The position numbers and the translations under genes are program-made. DNA of 44,489 nucleotides from NCBI GenBank assembly GCA_034003925.1, contig JAVEXR010000001.1:14966-59454 (forward strand), in the 5' to 3' direction. Positions 1 through 6,336 of the stretch are shown piece by piece. The stretch comes from Candidatus Moraniibacteriota bacterium. Its GTDB lineage: Bacteria > Patescibacteriota > Minisyncoccia > Moranbacterales > UBA9337. Within the stretch, counting starts at the first letter, position 1. Every line of letters begins with the position of its first letter. Under the pieces are notes generated by a model. It was given only the letters and a program-made list of their open reading frames with translations. It was not told the origin of the DNA and ran no database searches.

Positions 1-33
1 TAATTCATAATACATAATTCACGATACCCTAAA

Positions 34-2553
34 CTAACGGCTGATTATTTTATTGTTTTTGATATCAAATTTAAGAGTATTGTTTTTTATTTTGTTGTGA
101 GCGATTTTATCAGCAATTTCATTTTCGATAAAGTCTCGAATGTTTTTCTTGATATAACGGGCGCCTTTTTCAGTAGAAAAACTCTTTTCAATCAAAAATT
201 TAATTAAATTTTTAGAATAAGTCAGTTTTATTTTTTTAGATGATAATCTTTGGGTTAATTTTTTTAACTCTAAATTTATTATTTTTTCAATGTCTTTTTC
301 ATTTAGAGCATTAAAGACTATGATTTCGTCCAGTCGATTTAATATTTCCGGTTTCATTTTTTCTTTTAGTTCAGATAAAACTTTCTGTTTGATATCTTCG
401 AACTTTTTGTCCAGATTATTTCTATTGTTAGATGAAAAGCCGATGGATGAAGCTTGAGTAAATTCTTTGGTACCGATATTGGAAGTGAGAATAACTATAG
501 TGTTTTTAAAATTAACTTTGCGACCCTCAGCGTCAGTTAAGACGCCTTCTTCGAGTAATTGAAGCAGGATATTAAATACATCCGGATGGGCTTTTTCTAT
601 CTCATCAAAAAGGATCAGACTATAGGGTTGACGTCGGACTTTTTCAGTCAATTTGCCTCCCTCTCCGTATCCGACATAGCCAGCTGGAGCGCCAATCAGC
701 CTGGAAACATTGTGTTTTTCGACAAACTCACTCATATCTATCTTGATCAAGGAGTGGACATCGCCAAAGAATTCTTGAGCCAGAGTCTTGGCACTAAGAG
801 TCTTACCGACTCCACTGGGCCCTAAAAAGAGAAATGAACCGATAGGTCTGTCGATGTCTCCGATGCCACTTTGTGCCCTTAGGATAGACCAGGATATTTT
901 CTTTAAAGCTTCTTCTTGTCCGACGATAGTGGCGTTTAATTTTTCAAATATATTTTTGGTTTTTTCGGATGATTGGGCTAGTATTTTTTGGACAGGAATA
1001 TTGGTAGAAATTGAAATGGTTTGAGCGATGTCAGCGCTAGTGATAAATAATTTATTTTCTTTGGCGTATTTTTTTTGCTCATTTTTGAATTGAGATACTT
1101 TGGCGATAAGCTCTTCTTCTTTTTTTCGTAGAAAAATAGCTTCATCATATTTTTCTTCGGCTACGAGAGTGTGCTTTTTATCAATCAGATCGGCTAATTT
1201 TTTTTCAGCTATTTTTAATTCTTTGGTAGCTGGGGATAAAGTAGCTTGGTTTTTTATTCGAGAGGCAGTTTCATCAATTAAATCAATGGATTTATCCGGC
1301 TGAAATCTATCTTGAGTGTAGCGAGAGCTGAGCTCTACTGCCGCGCTAATAGCTTCATCAGAGATGCTGACGCTATGAAATTTCTCATAATTTTTTTTGA
1401 TGCCTTTGAGTATTTTTAAAGTGTCTTCGGAGCTGGGTTCTTTTAGGATGATGGGTTGAAATCTTCTTTCTAGGGCAGAATCTTTTTCGATATATTTTTT
1501 ATATTCTTCCAGAGTGGTAGCTCCGATACAGCGAAGAGAGCCTTGAGTAAGTAAGGGTTTTAAAATATTAGCTGCGTCCAATCCGCCCGAAGCATTGCCA
1601 GCTCCGACGATGCTGTGAATCTCATCAATAAAAAGAATGACATCTTTATTAGCAGAAGCTTCTTGCAAAATATCCTTTAATCTTTGCTCAAATTCTCCTC
1701 TAAAATTAGTTCCAGCAACCACGAGAGCGATGTCTAAAGAGAGTATTTTTTTATTCATTAAGTTTTCTGGTACTTGCTCGGCGTTGATTCTTTTGGCTAA
1801 TCCTTCTACAATGGCAGTTTTTCCGATACCCGGGTCTCCGATTAGGAGAGGGTTATTTTTGCTTTTTCTCCCTAGCGAATTAAAAATTCTTTCCAATTCT
1901 TTTTCGCGACCAACTAGTATTGTGTCCTCATTTTTTACTTTTTTATTTAGATTGTTGCAAAAATAATCCAAATTAGGAGTGGTACTGGTCTTTTTTGAAC
2001 TACTGGAAAAAGCTGGGAAGTTGATATCTGGCAGATTGAGGGCTTTAAATATTCCTGATAAAAAACTTTTGTCTAACATATTTGAATTGGCGATCGGGGA
2101 GGATAAAACTTTTCCGGATATTTCTTTGGCTGTCCCATTTGGAAGGGGAGAATTTTTAGCGCTAATATCTATTATTTTTTTAACATTGTCATTGGGGTTT
2201 TCCATAATAGAAAAAACTAAATGCTCAGTGCCTATATAAGAATAACTAAATTTACTAGCTAAAAGATAGGCGCGAGTGATAATTTTTTTTAATTCCAAAG
2301 AAAGTTCTAGATTCTTTTTTATTTTTTTGGCGGAGTTTCCCTTTGCTTTAAAAATTTTATCAAAAGAATCTTTATCTATCGCTAGGTCGCGCAGAATGTT
2401 GCTTCCTAGGCTGCCTTTTTCCAAAAAAACAGCCAAGAGCAAATGCTCAGGATAAATGGCTTGTCCGCCATAGAAATTAGCAATATTGGAAGCCTCATGA
2501 AGGCTATTTTTTGCATGAATAGTCATTTTTTCAAAAATTTTGTTATCAATCAT
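34..2553 (-). CDS. clpC: ATP-dependent Clp/Hsp100 AAA+ unfoldase, ClpC type
   Basis: 839-aa ORF with Clp_N-type N-terminal repeats. NBD1 has Walker A GDPGIGKT and Walker B ILFIDEIH. The middle motif is short and UVR-like (EEKYDEAIFLRKKEEEL), not the long ClpB coiled coil. NBD2 has GPSGVGKT and LILFDEIEKAH. An IGF tripeptide (ASSIGFSS) is typical of ClpP-docking partners. Confidence 0.93.
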   Translation of the reverse strand: MIDNKIFEKMTIHAKNSLHEASNIANFYGGQAIYPEHLLLAVFLEKGSLGSNILRDLAIDKDSFDKIFKAKGNSAKKIKKNLELSLELKKIITRAYLLASKFSYSYIGTEHLVFSIMENPNDNVKKIIDISAKNSPLPNGTAKEISGKVLSSPIANSNMLDKSFLSGIFKALNLPDINFPAFSSSSKKTSTTPNLDYFCNNLNKKVKNEDTILVGREKELERIFNSLGRKSKNNPLLIGDPGIGKTAIVEGLAKRINAEQVPENLMNKKILSLDIALVVAGTNFRGEFEQRLKDILQEASANKDVILFIDEIHSIVGAGNASGGLDAANILKPLLTQGSLRCIGATTLEEYKKYIEKDSALERRFQPIILKEPSSEDTLKILKGIKKNYEKFHSVSISDEAISAAVELSSRYTQDRFQPDKSIDLIDETASRIKNQATLSPATKELKIAEKKLADLIDKKHTLVAEEKYDEAIFLRKKEEELIAKVSQFKNEQKKYAKENKLFITSADIAQTISISTNIPVQKILAQSSEKTKNIFEKLNATIVGQEEALKKISWSILRAQSGIGDIDRPIGSFLFLGPSGVGKTLSAKTLAQEFFGDVHSLIKIDMSEFVEKHNVSRLIGAPAGYVGYGEGGKLTEKVRRQPYSLILFDEIEKAHPDVFNILLQLLEEGVLTDAEGRKVNFKNTIVILTSNIGTKEFTQASSIGFSSNNRNNLDKKFEDIKQKVLSELKEKMKPEILNRLDEIIVFNALNEKDIEKIINLELKKLTQRLSSKKIKLTYSKNLIKFLIEKSFSTEKGARYIKKNIRDFIENEIADKIAHNKIKNNTLKFDIKNNKIISR

Positions 2554-2650
2554 ATTTTTATAATTTTAGCTTAAATATCATATTCTATTATGGCGGAAAG
2601 AGGGGGTTTTAGCAAGGGAGGAGAATGTTCTAAGTGTTGTAGATGTTCTA

Positions 2651-2666
2651 TCCGCCAGCTGGCGGA
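2651..2666. repeat. Perfect 16-bp palindrome TCCGCCAGCTGGCGGA
   Basis: Related copies are TCCGCCGGCTGGCGGA (9331-9346) and CCTCCAGTTGGCGGA (9173-9187). Confidence 0.85.
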
Positions 2667-2772
2667 GTTGGAAATGTTGGAGATAGGGGAGATGAGGAAA
2701 TGTAGATTAATTTTGAATTTCTAATTTTGAATTTTGAGTGAAATCTTAATTTCTTAATGACTCAAACATTCC

Positions 2773-2788
2773 GTCAGTCGCGACTGAC
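2773..2788. repeat. Perfect 16-bp palindrome GTCAGTCGCGACTGAC
   Basis: Read directly. It lies in the divergent spacer between clpC and the surface locus. Confidence 0.85.
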
Positions 2789-2907
2789 AGGTTGAAAATT
2801 TAAAGATAAACCCCCTCTCTAACTCTCCCCCTTGAGTACAAGAGGGAGAGGATTGACGCTTCCTCATTAGAAATTCGAAATTTAAAATCTACTGTTCTAT
2901 TGTTAAC

Positions 2908-2946
2908 ATGCTAACGTGCTGACATGCTAATATGTTCCATGCTCTA
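2908..2946. repeat. Phased octamer array (ATGYTAAN type)
   Basis: ATGCTAAC GTGCTGAC ATGCTAAT ATGTTCC ATGCTCTA. Confidence 0.8.
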
Positions 2947-3027
2947 TACTAAATGATTATAAAAAAGTAAATGCAATTATTAAATTTCCAATGGATTATT
3001 TTTTTCGTAAATCTTAAATCATACATC

Positions 3028-3056
3028 TTAAATCTTCTGAAATTGTGTGTTATAAT
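3028..3056 (+). promoter_or_regulatory. Extended -10 promoter candidate for the large surface-protein gene
   Basis: TGtTATAAT at 3048-3056. The 14-mer TGTTATAATTTAAA is repeated exactly at 6278-6291. The -35 (TTAAAT) is weak. Confidence 0.55.
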
Positions 3057-3118
3057 TTAAAGAGAAAAGATTCTTTTGAGCTATTTATCCCAATAGCCAT
3101 TTTAGTCTTAGATGAATT

Positions 3119-5314
3119 ATGAAAAACAAAAAAAGGAGGAGAATGATAGGGAAAATTTATTATTTACGAGCAATTTTAATTTGTTTTTTTTGCTCTTTTT
3201 TATTTTTAACCAGTGATGCCCAAGCAGAAACCCGAACCAAGACGGTGGAATATTTTTTGGGACAAAACCAAAATTCAGGGACAGGTTTGGCAGCTAATAC
3301 TTACTGGTCTCCGACAGCCGTGACGATTGATCTGCCAGATGCTATAACTTCAGCTAATGCTATCAAATCAGCTTGGATAGATTTTACTTTTCAAACTGCC
3401 ACTACAGGCGCTCCGGGAGTTGTAACAATCGGACTTACTCCTTCGGGCATGACGGAAAGTGTTTTTACCTCGGCTTCTTATTTGGCTTCTGGTGAAAACT
3501 ATGCCATAAGAGTCAAGCCTAATTTTACTTCAGCTGTAGCCTCTAGGTTTAATGCGGCTGGAGCTTATTCTTTTAGTTTTAGGGCTAAAGTAGGGAGAGT
3601 AGCTACTAAGATGGCTAGCGCTAAACTTTTTATAACTTACGATTATGATAGTCAAGCGGCTGTTCAGTTGAATACTGTAAAATATATGATCGGGCAAAAT
3701 AATGGAAACGTAGCAGTCGGTGCAACTGGAGTTACATTTACCTCTCCTAATCTATCAATTTCAGAGAGTGCTCCCACAGTCGTTTCAGCTTGGGCGGAAA
3801 TAAGGGGACAGATTCCCGCTACCGGAACAACTGACAATACATTTGCAATCAATTATGATTCGGATACTGTAAAGAATTATTATTTGGATAACGCGGGAGG
3901 CGCAGATACTCAGGCTATTTATATATTGCATTCCAAGAATACGATTACTCTCAATACGACGCACACGCTAAAAGTAGCTGCCACTACAGGTTACCAGATG
4001 AATCTTGTTTCAGCGGAACAAGTAATAACTTATAAATTTAATTATGCTAATTCTACAACACTGACTAAAACAAGGGATATATTATTGGGCTCTGACGGAT
4101 TTCAATCCTCATCGGTTTCTTTGGACATCGATGAGACGATAAATATTCCGGAAGATAATCATAGTTTTAAAAACATATTTTTGCGGGGAACAGCGCATAG
4201 CTCTACAGCGGGCAATCGTAATTTAGCGGCGCAGCTAGGGGGGACGACTCCGACTCCGACTTTAACGTTTGCCCAAACTGCTGCCACAGAAACGATGAAT
4301 AATTTTTGGATATTGTCAAATGATGTAAATAATTTATCAACCATGACTCAGGGAGACAATCAGATTGCCACTACTTTTACGGGGACGATGACTTCGCGAG
4401 CGTCTCAAGTAGTATTAACTTATTCTTATAATAAAAGCTCGAGTAGTGAATCAGGCAGCGCCCTTTTTTGGACAGAGCAACAGACGGCTTATGGAACCAC
4501 AGGGACACCCAGTGTGAATGTTTCGGTAGCCGGCACTACTCAGTCGGGTAGTTGGGATTCATATATTTGGGCTAATTCAGTAAACGGTAAGACAGCGGAT
4601 AAGGACGCATATATATCAACTCAACCAACAGTAACTACTGTGTATAATTGGAATTCAACTGGCGAATATCAATGGATTTTATTTTTTCATCGGAATATTT
4701 CTGGAGAGATTAAGGATAATGGAAACTATACAATAAATCTAAATTCAAAAGGAAGTAATGTCATGGCAGCGGTTATGGGAGTTTCCTATGAATATTACGC
4801 TCCAACTACAGGCTCTTTATTAGTGGATATCGTAGATTCAGGAGGTGCATCAATAGTTAGCCCTTCGGTTAGTTTTTCGAGTGCGAATTTTAATTGGGGC
4901 GCTCAGCAATCTACAGCTACTATGGGAATTCCAGTTCAAAAAATAAGAGTGACTAACACCACTACTACTCCTAGTTGGACGCTTTCAATCGCTGGGACAG
5001 TGAGCACTAATCTCTGGACTAGCGGAGGAAATACTTATAATTTTAATGGGGATGCAACTACCGGAAGATTAAATGTAAATGCTAGTGGCGCAACCGTAAC
5101 TCCGCAAGGCGGTTGCACTACAACGGGATTGACTAACGGATCATCAGCTTATTTTATCCAGAGCACTCAAGATTCAATCAATTTAATTACAGCCGGAGCT
5201 AGCGCTGGGACAAATTGCTATTGGGATATCACAGGCGTGAATATGACCCAAGATATACCGGCTGCACAATTAACTGGAAGTTATTCTTTGAATTTAATTC
5301 TGACAGTTATTTGA
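3119..5314 (+). CDS. Large secreted surface protein: signal peptide, four tandem ~115-135 aa modules, C-terminal WxL-like domain
   Basis: 731-aa ORF. N-terminal K/R-rich region, hydrophobic helix and AQA cleavage motif. Thr/Ser/Asn/Gly-rich beta-type composition. The last ~165 aa are paralogous to the next gene and include PSWTLSIAG and a terminal YSLNLILTVI. Confidence 0.85.
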   Translation: MKNKKRRRMIGKIYYLRAILICFFCSFLFLTSDAQAETRTKTVEYFLGQNQNSGTGLAANTYWSPTAVTIDLPDAITSANAIKSAWIDFTFQTATTGAPGVVTIGLTPSGMTESVFTSASYLASGENYAIRVKPNFTSAVASRFNAAGAYSFSFRAKVGRVATKMASAKLFITYDYDSQAAVQLNTVKYMIGQNNGNVAVGATGVTFTSPNLSISESAPTVVSAWAEIRGQIPATGTTDNTFAINYDSDTVKNYYLDNAGGADTQAIYILHSKNTITLNTTHTLKVAATTGYQMNLVSAEQVITYKFNYANSTTLTKTRDILLGSDGFQSSSVSLDIDETINIPEDNHSFKNIFLRGTAHSSTAGNRNLAAQLGGTTPTPTLTFAQTAATETMNNFWILSNDVNNLSTMTQGDNQIATTFTGTMTSRASQVVLTYSYNKSSSSESGSALFWTEQQTAYGTTGTPSVNVSVAGTTQSGSWDSYIWANSVNGKTADKDAYISTQPTVTTVYNWNSTGEYQWILFFHRNISGEIKDNGNYTINLNSKGSNVMAAVMGVSYEYYAPTTGSLLVDIVDSGGASIVSPSVSFSSANFNWGAQQSTATMGIPVQKIRVTNTTTTPSWTLSIAGTVSTNLWTSGGNTYNFNGDATTGRLNVNASGATVTPQGGCTTTGLTNGSSAYFIQSTQDSINLITAGASAGTNCYWDITGVNMTQDIPAAQLTGSYSLNLILTVI

Positions 5315-5339
5315 CTTTTTCTTTCAGATGGTGTATAAT
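5311..5339 (+). promoter_or_regulatory. Near-consensus sigma70-type promoter overlapping the stop codon of the large gene
   Basis: TTGACT (5311-5316), a 17-nt spacer, then TATAAT (5334-5339). Confidence 0.6.
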
Positions 5340-5369
5340 TAATCTGTAAAAGTAAAAAAGGCAGTAAAC

Positions 5370-5440
5370 GGGTGAAAATTCTTTTCCTCAAATCCTTAAA
5401 TAAATAGGGAATTGAAGAAATGAATGTTCACCCTTTTTTA
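5370..5440 (+). terminator. Long imperfect hairpin plus T-run between the large and small WxL-like genes
   Basis: GGGTGAA (5370-5376) pairs with TTCACCC (5427-5433). There is internal pairing, and TTTTTT follows. Confidence 0.6.
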
Positions 5441-5540
5441 ATTTAAAAAATAAGTAAATAAAAAAATAAAAAATTACTCTGTAGAAACATATATTATAAA
5501 ATAATAAATAAAAAATATGTTTTTCCAAGGGAATAAAAAT

Positions 5541-6206
5541 ATGAAAACAAAAGTAATCAACTTGGTAGCTAGAAGAATCGGAATTTTTTCCATGATTCTT
5601 TTGGGAATTGTAGCTATTAAGGCCTCTGCCAGCAATCAATCCCAGTTAAATCAGTCGATTAACGAGGGAGTAAAAGCAATCGATATCGTAGACGCAGGAG
5701 GAGCTACAGTAGCTAGTCCAGCAGTCTCTTTTGCTTCGACTACCTTCTCCTATGACACCCAAAATACTACTGGAACATTGGGATCTTCTGCACAAAGAAT
5801 TAGAGTTTTTAATCCTACTTCCACCTCTACTTGGACAGCTAGTATCGCGGGAAGTGCTACTGGTGCCACTTGGACAAATGGAACTGCCAATTACGATTTT
5901 AATGATGCCTCTGGATCTGGCTATACTGACGGAGCAGATACAGATAATTTAGGAGGACAGTTAGCAGTCAATCCAGCAGCAGGAACTTTGGCTGGCGTAT
6001 CAAGTTGTGCTACAACTAATGTTTCCTTGGGTTCAAATAGTGCTTTTGCTGAAGGTACAACAGATAGTATCACATTAGCTTCAGGAGCTTCAGGCGCAGC
6101 AACTTTCTGTCGATGGGATGTGACTAACATAGGTCTTACTCAAAAGTTACCAGCCGCTCAGGTAGCTGGAGCATATTCCTTGAACTTAGTCCTTTCCATA
6201 ATCTAA
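5541..6206 (+). CDS. Small secreted protein consisting of one WxL-like domain (paralog of the C-terminus of the 731-aa protein)
   Basis: The ORF track starts at 5517, but the ATG at 5541 gives a typical signal peptide (MKTKVINLV...AIKASA). The mature part aligns with aa 566-731 of the upstream protein: DIVDAGGATVASPAVSFAS, RIRVFN..STWTASIAG, FCRWDVTN..PAAQVAGAYSLNLVLSII. Confidence 0.85.
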   Translation: MKTKVINLVARRIGIFSMILLGIVAIKASASNQSQLNQSINEGVKAIDIVDAGGATVASPAVSFASTTFSYDTQNTTGTLGSSAQRIRVFNPTSTSTWTASIAGSATGATWTNGTANYDFNDASGSGYTDGADTDNLGGQLAVNPAAGTLAGVSSCATTNVSLGSNSAFAEGTTDSITLASGASGAATFCRWDVTNIGLTQKLPAAQVAGAYSLNLVLSII

Positions 6207-6234
6207 ACAAAAGAAAAATTTATACATATTAAAG

Positions 6235-6263
6235 AACATTCTCCTTTGTGAGGATGTTTTTTA
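6235..6263 (+). terminator. Rho-independent terminator after the small WxL-like gene
   Basis: AACATTCTC / GAGGATGTT stem with a 6-nt loop, then TTTTTTAATTT. Confidence 0.7.
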
Positions 6264-6277
6264 ATTTGCATAGTTTA

Positions 6278-6286
6278 TGTTATAAT
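6278..6286 (+). promoter_or_regulatory. Extended -10 promoter candidate for the DUF916-like gene
   Basis: TGtTATAAT about 50 nt upstream of ATG 6337 and just after the terminator at 6235-6263. Confidence 0.55.
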
Positions 6287-6336
6287 TTAAACAAATTTAA
6301 AATGACTTTTTTAAAATAAAATTATAAAAATAAATT

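Noticed and set aside
559-2239. Five + strand ORFs (67-109 aa) inside the clpC region.
   Set aside because: All are antisense to a full-length, motif-complete ClpC gene. Their translations are low-complexity Ser/Phe/Leu-rich sequences typical of shadow frames in AT-rich DNA.
5312-5314. Possibility of an alternative genetic code (UGA recoded, as in some CPR-related lineages).
   Set aside because: Standard translation yields full-length, motif-complete ClpC, GyrB, UvrA, UvrB and GldA. The 731-aa gene ends at a TGA exactly at the conserved C-terminal motif it shares with its paralog, so code 11 fits.
5388-5639. 83-aa minus-strand ORF spanning the spacer between the two WxL-like genes.
   Set aside because: It lies in extremely AT-rich spacer sequence and overlaps the signal-peptide region of the small gene. 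Its Phe/Tyr/Ile/Leu-rich translation is typical of AT-rich noncoding DNA.
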